The translations under genes were made by a program, and so were the position numbers. Below the pieces are notes generated by a model. That model was given only the letters and a program-made list of their open reading frames with translations, had not been told where the DNA came from and did not search any database. A stretch of 64,000 bases of DNA from Octopus sinensis (Eukaryota). Within the stretch, counting starts at the first letter, position 1, and each line of letters opens with the position of its first letter. Shown piece after piece: positions 49,418 to 63,719 of this stretch. The stretch lies in contig NC_043006.1 in assembly GCF_006345805.1 (NCBI RefSeq), forward strand, positions 72,726,001 through 72,790,000. Reading direction: 5' to 3'.

Positions 49418-50390
49418 TGATCTGGAGCAATGTGAAATGAAGTGTTTTGCTCAAGAACACAACATATTTGCTTGGTCCAGAAATTAATCCCATGATTGTT
49501 AGATCATAAGTGCAACACCTGAACCACTAGGCTATGCACCTTCGTATGTATGTGTGTGTATGTGTATGTGTGTGTGTTTGTGTGTGTATCTCCTGTGTGT
49601 ATCTCCCATGTGTTTTACAGCCTGTGATAGTTGTAAATGAGTGCCACCTTTATATAAGTAGTGTCTTTCATTTCCAATTTTCCATGGAAATGTATCTGGT
49701 TATGGGAAAATATTACCTTGCTTGGAAACAGGTAGGGATTTAGGGATTGGTGACAGGAAAGGCATTCAGTCATAGAAAGTGAACTTTATCAAATTCCATC
49801 CTGCACAAGCAAGCTACACATTAAAACAAATATGTGTGTATATATATATATATAATTATCGAGTTGGATAAAATATCCATGTGAATGATTATTCAGATTT
49901 AAATGTTTGGATTGATACTTAATGAGAGTCATAAGGGAAGTTAAAGAGTCTTTACTGTCCTGTGAGAGTAAGGGAGGAAAATAAAGGATATTTTCATAAG
50001 CAAAAATAAACTTAATACAAGAGAAGTGTAAATTAGAAAGTGGGAGCACAAACTGTTTATAATAATAATAATGAAATTATTGTGTATAGTGCTCAAGTGC
50101 ACTACAACTCATCAAAGGTGCATGTATAGTACATAGAATTATGTACAAAAGTCAGGAAGGTGAACAGTGTATGAGTCATGATATACTTGTGGGTATGCAT
50201 ATGGAGGTGGGGATATCAGGTGTAGTGTTGGCGAATTTCAGGAAGCATGAAGGTTTCAAAGGATGCAATGTCTCAGCAAGTAACAACTGATACAAGTTTT
50301 CCAATGTATGCCACAACATGTATACAGATATGAATACATGCATACACACACATGCATATATTCGTATGTGTGTGTGTGTGCGTGAACTTG

Positions 50391-50434
<44 letters not shown>

Positions 50435-50669
50435 TATATATATATAGTAAAGATGTGGTTTTCCCCATTCACTTTTTTGTTGTCTTATACTCTGAATTTC
50501 TTGAAATTCCTCTAAACAATATTTGGATCTACTTCTCATACATGAGGAATTATCTTGAATGTTTGTCCTACTTGCATTCATTGGTGTCTCATTGCTTGAT
50601 ATAATTAACCAAATTCATCTAACACTGAGAGTTTTTATTGATACCTGCCTGGATTTTTAAGTTCCTTTT

Positions 50670-50702
<33 letters not shown>

Positions 50703-50943
50703 CGCACATACTTAACGAAACACATACACAAATGTTACAGTTTATAAATAATATGATAATTAAAGATTGTACTCAGTACATGGTGCAGAGTGTATTCATA
50801 AATTTATTTAAACTGAGAAGTTGGTTGGCGACTACTTGACTTTCATTATTCTTTGCAGTCTCTCAGCTGACACCTGAAAGATTGCAAATCTTGAAATTTC
50901 AGTAGTGGCTAACAACCTTAGTTCAAATAAATATAGACATGGA

Positions 50944-50974
<31 letters not shown>

Positions 50975-51110
50975 ATTTGTGTGCATGCATGCATGCATAC
51001 ATACATACATACATATATATATACATATATATATATATGTATATATACACACATACATACATGCATGCATACACACACATATTTATCCATACATGTATAT
51101 ATATACACAC

Positions 51111-51147
<37 letters not shown>

Positions 51148-51162
51148 TACATACATATATAT

Positions 51163-51193
<31 letters not shown>

Positions 51194-51278
51194 CCACACA
51201 TACATACATACATATATATATTCATGTATACACATCATGACCTGAACTACCTGGCCACTTAGACACACAAATACGGAG

Positions 51279-51309
<31 letters not shown>

Positions 51310-52466
51310 CATATTTGTGTTCATGGCCAAGAGACTTACCATTTAAATTGCCAAGTGTACTAAGCCGAAAATAGATCTTAGGGATTAACAACAACTTACT
51401 CTACCACTACACAAAAACCAAAGTTGTTTTGTTAGTTTGCAGAGTCAAATTGAATAGTTACATCTGTATATAACTTGAAAAAGTGTGTGCCTCTCTAAAC
51501 TGATTTGCCCTTGATAAAAAATTGGAAGGCAGAGTTTTTGGTGCTGTCTTTGGGGCCAATAGGATTGGGTTATGGGACTGGCTGCATTGACAGAATAAAA
51601 TTGCAACTGTTGTAGATTTCTGATTAATTTTTCAATGTAGAAGGTATAGGGGAAGGCATGTCTATGGCTGCAGGAATGAGTGTGCGGTGAGGGGGAGGAG
51701 GAGGAGGAGGAGATGTGTGTGTGTGTGTGTGCATCTTCCTGTCTTGACAAGTAGGAATGTGTTTCATTTTTGTAACATTGAAGTTAATACCAACTCATTG
51801 TGCCAGTTAGACAGTCTTTTGATTTCTTCACAGGCCTCCACAGACCGCTGGACTGCTGCTTGCTGCTCATCTCCTGCTTTTATGATGTCTTGATGCTAAC
51901 ATGAGACAAATCTCCCTCTGGATAGAACACTAGCCCATCATAAGTAGCATTTTCTATATGAAAATCAAAACTCAGTAGGCACAGTCGTGACTGTGTGGTA
52001 ACAAACTTGCTTCCTAACCACATGGTTCTGAGTTCAGTCCCACTGCGTGGAACCTTGGGTAAGTGTCTTTAACTATAACCACAGGCCAACCAAAGCCTGG
52101 TTAATAGATTTGGTGAAAGATGCTCATCATATAGTTGAAATTTATAGAAACACAAAAGACGAAGACAGGTGTATGAACAACTAGCAGGTGTATTAATTTG
52201 ACGCTTGGGAAAGTGAAAGTCTATTACGGTTAAAGCCCGCATATTTATATATATATATATAATATAAGAGATAATGGTGTCATTGATACTCGTGCTATAG
52301 ACAGACCGTAGTTAAGGTCCAGATTCAGTAATATTGCGAATAAAGGGTTCAATGTTGGTTCTATGTCAGCATGTGTATATAAGAATTTTTTATCTTATTA
52401 TGCAAAAAATTCTTATATAATATAATATGTATATGTATATATATATATATATATAATATATATATA

Positions 52467-52520
<54 letters not shown>

Positions 52521-52543
52521 GTATATATATATATATGTGTGTG

Positions 52544-52858
52544 TGAGGAGGCACAATGGCCCAGTGGTTAGGGCAGCGGACTCGTGGTCGTAGGATTGCG
52601 GTTTCGATTCCCAGACCAGGCATTGTGAGTGTTTATTGAGCGAAAACATCTAAAGCTCCACGAGGCTCCAGTAGGGGGCGGTGGTGAACCCTGCTGTACT
52701 CTTTCCCCACAACTTTCTCTCACTCTTTCTTCCTGTTTCTGTTGTATCTGTATTTCAAAGGGCCAGCCTTGTCACACTCTGTATCACACTGAATCTCCCC
52801 GAGAACTACGTTAAGGGTACATGTGTCTGTGGAGTGCTCAGTCACTTGCACGTTAATA
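52544..52858 (+). mobile_element. tRNA-derived SINE
   Basis: GGAGGCACAATGGCCCAGTGGTTAGGGCAGCGGACTCGTGGTCGTAGGATTGCGGTTTCGATTCCCAG head with A/B boxes, followed by a unique body. Confidence 0.75.
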
Positions 52859-53031
52859 AATGAGCTGTATCGGCCTTTGCCTTTCCCTTGGATGATATCG
52901 GTGGTGTGGAGAGGGGAGGCTGGTATGCGTGGGTGACTGCTGGTCTTCTATAAACAACCTTGACCAGACTTGTGCCTCGGAGAGTAACTTTCTAGGTGCA
53001 ATCCCATGGTTATTCATGACTGAAGGGAGTC

Positions 53032-53065
<34 letters not shown>

Positions 53066-56000
53066 TGTGTGTGCATGTTTATGTATATATCTATGAGTAT
53101 GTCTTTGTGTCTGTGTTTCTCTCCTCCATCACCACTTGACAACTGATGTTGGTGTGTTTACATCTCTGTAACATGGTGGTCCAGCAAAAATTTGCAGGCC
53201 AGTTTTCACTGGAGGTGCCCCAGCATGGCCACAACCTTTGGGATGAAATGCATAAAAGAATAAAAGAATAGCTTCAGGTTTATCGAAGTCTTGGGAACGA
53301 AATTTAGTAAATGGAAACTGTGTGAAGCCTATCAGAGGGAACATTGATAATTATAGGTGGCAGACTTAATTTGTTGCCTGGTTTAACACCACCACATATA
53401 CTTTGGGTACCTCTATTGTAAGCATAAGTATTGGGTCCCAGGTCAGAGAATAACTTCCTCCTTTACTCCCACCAGTTTTCAGTGCCCTGAAAAGTGAACA
53501 AGGGTGCTACCCTTCTTCCTTTGATTAAGTGATATATAGAGTATTGGGCACAAAGCCAACACAGTGAGAGTGGTTGGGTACAAACTATAGTCTACACCCC
53601 TATTAACTCAGACATCTGTGCTTTCATTTAAGCGCTGTGTTAATGGAAAGAAAATACTGGATTAGGGATGCAATAATTAAGCTTTTCTAAAGAGAGAGAG
53701 AGTAAGAGGCCTGCAATATCCATGCCAACGCCCTAGTATGAAATTACATGGTTTTATCCTCATGTAGCAGAGATGGCTTGAACCCTATCAACACCATCAC
53801 CATTAGAGTTATAACACTGCCACACCAAAACCATAATGATGACGATGACGACAATGACGATGATGACGACGACCACCACTACTGCTGCCACCACCAGCAC
53901 CACCACATCCCAGGTGGGCGCTGAGAATTCCAATGCATGTAAGTTAACGAATCTAATACTTTTCCTAATAATGAGTTGCCAGTGTTAAATAAGGCCTATT
54001 TAACTAATGCACTGAATTGAGGACCTTTTTATTGTTGATGAATGCCACACACTGTTGAACATTACATTCCTTGGATTTCTCCACGTGGATCCCGATATAA
54101 AATATTTGGCTCACACTGTGATGTTTTGACCATATTATCAAAGCCTAGAACCACTGTGCTCATTTCCTTCAGAACAGGGTGGACAGAAAATAGGCTCACA
54201 GATGATAAAGAAGAAAATAGAGTGATGACATGCTCACATGAAGTGGATGGAATTTTATGCAGCAGATTTTATGATGACCAAATGCCCTTCCTTGTCGACT
54301 CTCACCTGTTTCCAAATAAGGTAATATTTTCCCATGACCGGACATGTTTTTAGATTATTGAAAGTGAAGGACACAGCTTCCATGACGGTGACACTCATTT
54401 ACAATTATCACATGATATTAAGGTAAGGAGACAGTAACACACATACATACATGCATACGGCGACGGACTTGGTAAACGCCCACAAAGTTGTCAACCACCT
54501 CACCAATAACAACACTGAACACCTTTTTGATCTCCATGTGTCTAACACACGTGGACATGCCTACAAAGTCAGAAAACAACACAGCTCCCATGACTTTCGG
54601 AAACATTTCTTCACGCTCAGAGTTGCTGAAGCATGGAATAAACTGCCTGCGTCAGTTGTTGACTGCCATGACACTGCATCCTTTAAGGCCCTCATGCTTT
54701 CCGAAATCCGTTGAAACTACACCTGATTATATATGCACTTTAGATGAGTTGTAGTGCACCTGAGCACTGTACACAATGTTTATTATTATTATTATTATTA
54801 TTATATACATACATACATACATACATACATACATAGACATTATATAAACTGGCTTCTTTCAGTTTCATAATCCTCATTATCATAACCAAAGACATCACTG
54901 CCACTGACACCATCACCATCACCATCGTCATCATCATCCCTGTAATAATAATTATAACCATTATAATGGTTATAATGCCAGTGTGCATTCCTGTAACTTA
55001 GCGGTTTGGCAAAAGAGACCAATAGAATAAGTACTAGGCTTACAAGGAATAAGTCCTGGGAGCAATTTGCTCGAATAAAGGTGATGCTCCAGCATGGTTA
55101 CAGTCAAATGACTGAAACAAGTAAAAGAATAAAAAAATATATATATATATATATGATGGGTTTCTTTCAGTTTTAATCTACCAAATCCTGTCACAAAGCT
55201 TTGGCCAAACCAGGGTTATAGTAAAAGACAAGGTGCCACACCATGGACCTGAACCCAAAACCATATGATTGTAAAGCAAACTTCTTACCACATTATATTA
55301 TACACTATTTTTTCCCCAAAAATGTTTCAAAAAAAAAATTCCCCCTGGATCCTGTATGGGAAATTGGGCCTCTATTACAAGATTTAATGCATTAAAAACT
55401 TATTATCCTGGATATGTGCTCTTGAAATTGGGGTTTATTTAATAAGCCCATATGTCTTTTATGCCATTAAATACAGTAGTTAGTGGCAGAATAAGTTGAA
55501 TGTTATGGAGCATCATCCCTCATGGCACTTCACTACATTTTTTTTTGACAATCTGAGTCAAAAACTGGCCAGAATTAACATGTCAACTTAAACTTTCATC
55601 CAACTCATGGTTAGTAAAATAAGGATCACTGAGTGCTGGGGTCAATTTTACTATTCTACCTTCAAAATTTGTGGTCTTGTGTGTATTCTGTTTTTGTTTT
55701 TTTTTTTGAAATCTTGTATACAATGCATACCTAGACATCATAAGAGGTTATTAAAAGGGTTGAAGCAATGAAGGATGGGCATCTAACCAAAAAATTCTGC
55801 TCCCTCAAACATGTCCTGTCTGCCCCATGCCAGCATGGAAAAGTTGATGCAAAAACAGTGCTGATGTGCTAATATTAGAAATCATAAAGGCAGTGAGCTG
55901 GCAGAATCATTAGTACACCAAGCAAAATGCTTAGTGGCGTTTCACCTGTCTGTATGTTCTGAGTTTAGATTCCACTGAGGTTGATAAGATAGGCACCAGT

Positions 56001-57052
56001 TGAGTACTGGATTACTCCTCCAACAAAGTTTATAGCATTGTGCCAAAATTTGAAACCTGTATTAGAAATCATAATTATTATAATGATGTTGATCATTCTT
56101 TTCTACTCTAGGCACAAGGTCCAAAATTTTTGGGGAGTGTGGGGGCGGGGCAGTCGATTAGATCGATCTCAGTATGCAACTGGTACTTAATTGACCCTGA
56201 AAGAATGAAAGGGAAAGTCAACCTTGGCGGAATTTGAACTCAGGACGTAACGACAGACGAAATACCTATTTCTTTACTACCCACAAGGGGCTAAACACAG
56301 AGAGAACAAACAAGGACAGACAAACGGATTAAGTCGATTATATTGACCCCAGTGCATAACTGGTACTTATTTAATCGACCCTGAAAGGATGAAAGGCAAA
56401 GTCGACCTTGGCGGAATATGAACTCAGAATGTAAAGACAGACGAAATACCGCAAAGCATTTCGCCCAGTGTGCTAACGATTCTGCCAGCTCACCGCTTTA
56501 ATGATGATGATTATTATTACAGGACTAATGATGATGGTAGAGCGGTCGTAGTCAGTATTGTTGTCATGGTTGTGGTGGTCATGGTGGAGGTGGTGGTGGT
56601 AGTAATGGCATTGGAGATGACTACGACTATGATGATGATAATGATGATAATGATGATGATGGCAACATTTAATGAACTCTCCTTCCTCACTCTACCCCCT
56701 CCCTGCTCGCAATATTATTTATTTTCGCAAGCCAAGTAACAGCCACAAGAAGTGCTGAGAGACTTGAGTTTCTGTAAACACTCCGACAAGGCTCCAATTA
56801 AGTGTTCCATTGCTAACTCATACACTTGATTTACACAGGTGTATTGTCAAAGGTGACCTCAAGAAGAGGAGCAACGTGCCGGAAACAAAGCAGACCATCT
56901 TAGCAATAATCTTCCTTTGAGTAATACAGTCACAGAAATAGATTTTGATTTCATCATTATTCAAGGTATACTTATGTGGAACATATATACACACATATAT
57001 ACACACATATACATATAGATATTGATATGTGTGTGTGTGTATATTATATATT

Positions 57053-57101
<49 letters not shown>

Positions 57102-57536
57102 ATATATATACATATATATGAATATTATATATATAAGATCAAGGTCTAATATCTGTTCTTAACAGTTTAATATATATATGTGTGTGTGTGTGTGTGAGTG
57201 TGTGTCAGAGAGTATATATATGTGTGTGTATGTATTGTATGTATATGAAGGGTGTAACCAGGAATTTAACTGAGGAGTTTGTCATTAATAAAAATGAATC
57301 TGTCATTAGCCATCTAATTTGCAAAAAACACAAAACTAAAATGTTAGATAATAATTATATTTGCATAGAGTGATAAGGATAGGTTGGATTGCCTGAATCT
57401 GACTAATTTAGCCATAGCCAGGTGACTATGGCTAAGTGTGAGTAAAGTAGTAGACACACACACACACACACATATACATATGTACCAAAAAAGAAATAAT
57501 TCATCGTCACTAAAAGTGACCAAGGATACAGTAGCA

Positions 57537-57648
57537 CCAGCATTGCTAGATATAGGAGTTAAAGACCCCCTCAGCCACAGAAAGTCACATGTTCTATTTG
57601 AACTGACAGAGGAGTCAACAACTTTAATCCTATTTCTAGCAATGTTGG
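57537..57648. mobile_element. Short foldback MITE
   Basis: CCAGCATTGCTAGATATAGGAGTTAAAG ... CTTTAATCCTATTTCTAGCAATGTTGG imperfect TIRs of about 28 bp. Confidence 0.6.
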
Positions 57649-57748
57649 TATATATATATATATAGTTATCAGTAATAATATAGGGTGAAATTAATTAATT
57701 TGGAATAATCATTAATTTCACGAGGTAGATTTCGACATTTACATATAA

Positions 57749-57781
<33 letters not shown>

Positions 57782-57849
57782 TATAAATTAGAGAAAAACC
57801 ACTATTATGCAATTTGTGCCAAATGACTTCCCTCTCTGTGTTTGGCCTC

Positions 57850-57863
57850 GTTACTATAGCAAC
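57850..57863. promoter_or_regulatory. RFX X-box consensus match
   Basis: GTTACTATAGCAAC matches GTTRCYATRGYAAC at all 14 positions. It may lie within a repeat. Confidence 0.3.
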
Positions 57864-58570
57864 AGTTCGGATACTTATTGATCAGACAACAAATATTTAT
57901 ATGTATGTGTGTCTGTGTTTCTCCCACCGCCATTGCTTGACACCCGATGTTGGAGTGTTTATGTCCCCTTAACTTAGTGGTTCAGCAAAAGAGAATAATA
58001 GAATAAGTATTAGGCTTACAAAGAATAAGTCCTGGGGTCAGTTTGTTCGACTAGAGGTGGTGCTCCAGCATGGCCACAGTCAAATGATTGAAACAAGTAA
58101 CATAATAAAAGAATATACATTTATATATCATCATCGTCATCATTTAATGTCCATTTTCCATGCTGGCATGGGGTGGACGATTTGATAGGTGCTGGCCAGC
58201 TAGAGAGCAGCACAAGGTCCAATTGTCTGGTTTTTTTGTCTGCAAGGTCTCAACAGCTGGGTTCTCTTCCTGATGCCAACCACTTTACAGTGTGTACTGG
58301 ATGCGTTTTACAAGGCATCATCACTAGTACTTTACATGTGGCATCAGCCATTTATATATGTTTTATGTAGCTGTTGGTTATGGCTGGTCAGAAGGTTACC
58401 ATTGGTTTCTTCTCTGTTAATGCTCTTAGCAATATAGGCAACTCACAAGACCAGAGGCACATAACCTCTTTACTAATGCAAGTCAGAACAGGGACTTGGT
58501 CAGTACGTCAATCAAAATATTACTGCTCAAAATGACTTTTAGCCTGTGCTCTGTACAACTGATTGATATA

Positions 58571-59180
58571 CAAGGGGGTGCTGAAAAGTTCCTGGCTCTG
58601 GGTAAAAGAAAATATAGGAGGATCAGTTTATTATGATTTTAGTCAACATATATGTATGCATATATGTCCTATGTATGACATTAAACTGCATCCAGTGATT
58701 AGGAACCAGCTCAGAGGTTCTGGAGTTATGGGAAGCATGGAGTTCATTCTGACTTGGTATGGTAGTAACTGCCAGGGTCTCATTATGGGTTGAATAGATT
58801 TCCCTGGAGTATAGGAGGCTTCATTATTTTTGATAAAGCCATGGGGAAGACAGCTCTTCAAGGAGAAAGATACTCTGACATAAAACTTGCAGTCATCTTG
58901 CAATGCACTGGAACCTACAGTGCACATCTTGCCTTGGGACCTGCTATGGTGACCAAGAGAGTGGCAAAAGTGTTGTACAAGCTTTTGTCCCTTAAATCCA
59001 ATGGTATATAGATGTCTCACTATCATTTCATTTCTTGGTCCGTTTTGTATTTTATAAAGTTCTATAGTGATGGATGCATGACATGAAGAGTCATGTCTGT
59101 GCACATGCAAGGATGAAAGTAAATCTGTCTGTGCACATGCAAAGCTGAAAGTAAATCTGACAAGATGAGGTGTTAGCACA
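58571..59180 (-). mobile_element. Degenerate mariner remnant
   Basis: TA followed by the caagggggtgctgaaaagttcctggc end, shared with the 22914 MITE. Broken mariner-like N-terminal coding remnants on the minus strand. Confidence 0.5.
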
Positions 59181-60106
59181 CCGAGCGAAATGCTTAGTGG
59201 TATTTCATCTGCTGTTATGTTCTGAGTTCAAATTCTGCTGAGGTCAACTTTGCCTTTCATCATTTCAGGGTCAATAAACTAAGTACCAGTTATGCACTGG
59301 GGTCGATGTAATCGACTTAATCCCTTTGTCTGTCTTTGTTTGTCCCCTCTATGTTTAGCTCCTTGTGAGCAATAAAAAAAAAAGATGAGGCAATCATATA
59401 TATGTGTGTGTGTGTGTTTGTGTCCTTGCTTTGATATTGTATAATAGTTGTAAGCAAGTATCACTATCATATAAGGGGTGTCATTTGTTTCCAAACATCC
59501 ATGAAAACATGTCTAGTCTTGGAGAAATATGACCTTGTTTGGACACAAGTGAGGGTTGGTGACAGGAAGAACATCTCTAGCTATAGAAAATCTGCCCTGG
59601 TGAATTCAGTCTGACCCATGCAACCATAGAGAATGAAGACATTAAAAGCATGGTGATGATGGTGATGATGATGATGATGACGACGACGACGACAGAATCT
59701 ATGTATTATCCTTATTGATTACTCATTAGTTTAATCTTAACACTTACTAATTCAAGTAATTGTTTTAAATGTAATACTGGCCTTCAAAAGCAAGGCCAAT
59801 ATTACATTCTGGCCTTGATACTAAAGGCTGACAACAGTAATTCCATGGTATGTGTGTCAGCCAGATATAACAAATATTTAATATATCATCATTATCAAAG
59901 AAAAATGTAATATTATTATAGAGATCTTAACTCATTGATACACATTAGTTAGCATAAACAAGAGATATAATTTATTTCTGTCATGCCATCCTGAACATAA
60001 TGACATGCCTCACTGATGTAAAATGTATGTAATATGTACTCTTGATATTTAGGTTTAAAAATCTGGGAAACAAAGTGCTTATACATAATGTACACACACA
60101 TACATA

Positions 60107-61311
60107 CAGGGGTTGGACAAAATAATGGAAACACCTAGCATCATTTTTTTGAAATATCTATAAAACCGTCAAAAGCTTGTTTATTTTTATGTTTTTTGAT
60201 TAATTATTAGTGTTGCTTAATATGTTTTGCTAAAATTGCTGTTTCTTTTCAGATATCATCAGGAAAAGGTAATTAAAATTCATTAAAATGACAGATCTAT
60301 TGGACTTTCAAAGAGGTCAAATTATTGGTGCTCATATGGCAGGTGCTAGCGTAATGAAAACAACTAAAATATTTGGTGCATCGAGAAGTAATGTCAGCCT
60401 TTAAGAAAGAGGGAAAAACCTCCTCATCGAAACAAAACTCCAGAAGAAAACCAAAACTTTCAGATGGGGACCGTCGAACTCTTCACAAAAAATACAGCTC
60501 CCAAAATTACTTCAGAGCTTAATGACCACCTCGAGAACCCAGTTTCCACAAAAACTGTTCACTAGGTCCTACACAAAGCTGGATTTCACCAGAGGGCTGC
60601 AATCAGAAAACCATTACTTTCAAAAACAAATGTTGCAAAGTGTTTAGAGTGGAGTAAAAAACCTACAGAATTGGTCCCTAGAGCAGTGGAAGAATGTTAT
60701 TTATGTAGATGAGTCATCCTTTATCTTATTTCCGACCACCAGCTGAGGATACGTGTGGAGGCGGTCAAAAGCAGCATTTGACCCAGACTGCCTTCTTTCA
60801 ACTGTTAAACATGAGGAGGATCTGTGATGATCTGGCGGGGGGGGGGCTATATCTTGGAAATCCGCCAGCTCAATGGTTTCCCTTCATGGCAGAATTAATA
60901 GTCAAGACTATTTAAGCATTTTATCTGATCAAATTCATCCTATGGTTGCGGAACTGTTTCCAGAGGGGAAATGCAATCTTTCAGGATGATAATGCACCAA
61001 TTCACACAGCTAAAGTTGTTACAGAATAGCATGAGGAACATTCTAGTGAAGCTGAACATTTTATCTGGCCACCACAGTCCCCAGATCACAATACTATTGA
61101 ACATTTATGGTGCATTTTTGAAAAACAAGTAAGGAGTCGATATCCTCCACCATCAACACTACAAGAACTGGAGACTGTTTTAGCTGAAAACTATTAAAAC
61201 TTTGTACAAGTCCATACTTCATACAATTCAAGCTGTAATTACTGTCACAGGCAGTCCTACCCCATATTGAAATAAATTTTAAGGTGTTTCCATTATTTTG
61301 TCCAACCCCTG
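60107..61311 (+). mobile_element. Tc1-like DNA transposon, 1205 bp, DD36E catalytic spacing, transposase disrupted
   Basis: TA TSD at 60105-60106 and 61312-61313, with perfect 30-bp TIRs CAGGGGTTGGACAAAATAATGGAAACACCT. ATG at 60288. Motifs VIYVDES, FQDDNAP and WPPQSPDHNTIE, with 36 codons between D and E. Several stops and frameshifts. Confidence 0.93.
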
Positions 61312-61328
61312 TACGTATGTCTGTCTGC

Positions 61329-61395
<67 letters not shown>

Positions 61396-61622
61396 CATAT
61401 CAGCACACACACACAAGAATATCTTGTAAACAAACTAATGGTTTGTTATTGGGTTAGTATTCTACAGACACTAAAGGAATTCTAAAACACAGATAACCTG
61501 TGACAACAACTAAGAAAATTGGGTTACCCAATTTTCTAAGCTGTTGTCACAGCCTATCTGTGTTGGAAAATTATTCTAGTTTCTGTAGAATACACACACA
61601 CACACATGCACAAATACAGATT

Positions 61623-61654
<32 letters not shown>

Positions 61655-61688
61655 CAAACACACGCACTCAAACATACACAGACATTTA

Positions 61689-61724
<36 letters not shown>

Positions 61725-61819
61725 CATACACACACATACATACACATGCACTCACATATACACACACATGCTTGTATGTATTTGTGTATATATGTAAATA
61801 TATATTATACCTGTGGACA

Positions 61820-62400
61820 TCTTTAAAGAAAATGAATCTTTTATGCTCCGCTGGATGTGCAATGTCAGTGTTCATGTACAGCAGAGTGTAAACGTCTTGA
61901 GAAGAAAATTGGGCATAAGAGGCATCAGATGTGGTGTGCAAGAGAGATGACTGCATTGGTATGGTCATGTGATGCGTATGGATGAGGAAAGCTGCATAAA
62001 GAAGTACTGATCTCTAACTGAGGATGGAACTTGTAGAAGAGGTAGACCCAAGAAGACATGGGACAAGGTAGTGAAAGATGTTCTTCAAATGTGGGGTCTT
62101 ATGAAGTCTATGAGTAGTGATCATGATCTTTGGTGATTTGCAGTGATTAAGAAGACTTGGCAAGCCAAGTGAAATCATAGTTGTGACTGGTGCCGGGGAC
62201 ATGTAACAGCACCTGTTACAGTGACGCATAAAAGGCACCCACTACACTCTGAGTGGTTGGTATTAGGAAAGGCATCCAGAAATAGAAGCCAAGCCAAAGT
62301 CTGACTGGATCCAGGTGGTGCAGCTCTCAGGCTTGTCTGTTCCTGTAAAACCATCTAACCCATGCCAGCATGGAAAGCAAATGTTAAATGATGATGATGA
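61820..62400 (+). mobile_element. RTE-clade LINE 3' end with (GAT)n tail
   Basis: LREKLGIRGIRCGVQERRLHWYGHVMRMDEE...RGRPKKTWDKVVK-like translation, followed by the recurrent 3' tail. Confidence 0.75.
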
Positions 62401-63719
62401 TGATATATATATATACATACATATATATTCATACATAGATATATATGTATGTATATCATCATCATCATTATCCTTAATGTCTGCTTTCCATGCTGGTATG
62501 GGTTGGACGGTTTGACTGAAGACTGGTGAGCCAGAGGCTGCACCAGGCTCAATCTGATCTGGCAAATGTTCTACAGCTGGATGCCCTTCCTAACGCCAAC
62601 CACTCTAAGAGTGTAGTGGGTGCTTTTCGTGCCACCGGCACGTGGGCCAGTCAGGCGGTTCTGGCAATGACCACACTTGAATGTTGTTTTTCACATGCCA
62701 CTAGCACATGTGCCGGTAAGGTGATGCTGGCAATGATCATGCTTGAATGGAGCTTTTCATGTCTCACTGGCATGAGAGCCAATCTGTGGCCTGACAATGA
62801 TCATGCTTGGTTGTGCTTTTAATGTTCCACTGGCATGAGTGCCAATCAGGCGGTACTCTCATCGGCTACATCAGCGATTTTGATTTGTTTACATTTGCCT
62901 CAATAGGTCTTCGCAAGCAAGTATATTTATGTATTATAATATATATATATATATACACATCCATATGTACGCATGAATATACATATTTGTATATAAACAT
63001 ATACATATCTACATACACATACACAGCAAGTCTCTGCACAATTTGCCAATGAAATTCTAGTCATAGTGTATTGGCCAACTTGAGCCTAAGGTAGAAGATA
63101 CCTCTGTAAGTTGGCATTGAGGAGATGGATTTGAAAACCATGTGGTTGCCAAGTGATTTTCTAAAACCACACAGCATAAAAAAGGATAATGATATATAAC
63201 AGATCTGAGGCATAAATTTACAAATTCAGGGAAGGATTGTAGCCAATTGGAATCCACCCCTGTAATTGGTTGATGCTTATTTTATTGTCATCAGGTTGAT
63301 TGATAAGTGGCAGAAGTTGACCTTGGAAATAATTGAACTCAGAAATGTAGCATAATACCACATGAGTAATGAAATACCCTCTCTCTGCTAATTCTATCAT
63401 TCATCGCTATTGTATCTAGCATTTATAATGTAGGCTATGCGCTTCCAGCAAGTATGTGTGAAGAGTTGTCATATTGATTTCAAATTTTGGCACAAGGCCA
63501 ATAATTCCAGGGGAAGGGGTAAGCTGATTAGAGTGACCCCAGTGTTCAACTGCTACTTATTTTATTGACCTTGAAAAGATAAAAGGCAAAGTCAACCTCA
63601 ATGAAATTTGAATGCAGAACATGAAGATGGATGAACTGTTGCTGTGCATTCTACCTGGGGTGCAAACGATTCTGCCAGCTCTCTGCTTTAGGAAGAGTCA
63701 TCAATATTGCTAAGAATAG

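Larger units (their letters stand above)
21220..63020. repeat. Dense microsatellite landscape: (TA)n, (CA)n, (GA)n, (GATA)n, (TACA)n, (CAT)n, (TAA)n
   Basis: Examples: (GATA)n at 25920-26100, 36280-36350 and 43060-43330; (GA)n at 33160-33290 and 36890-36950; (TAA)n at 35430-35490; (CAT)n/(CTT)n at 28410-28570 and 37850-37930. These produce most of the YIYIY/HTHT/SIYL ORFs in the track. Confidence 0.95.

Noticed and set aside
50176-51394. Many overlapping [12 protein letters not shown] ORFs (also near 23 kb, 25.8 kb, 33 kb, 43 kb and 61.5 kb)
   Set aside because: They are artefacts of stop-free dinucleotide and tetranucleotide microsatellites.
52544-52620. Functional tRNA gene
   Set aside because: It is a tRNA-like head without a proper acceptor stem, continuing into a SINE body that recurs at 21650-21960.
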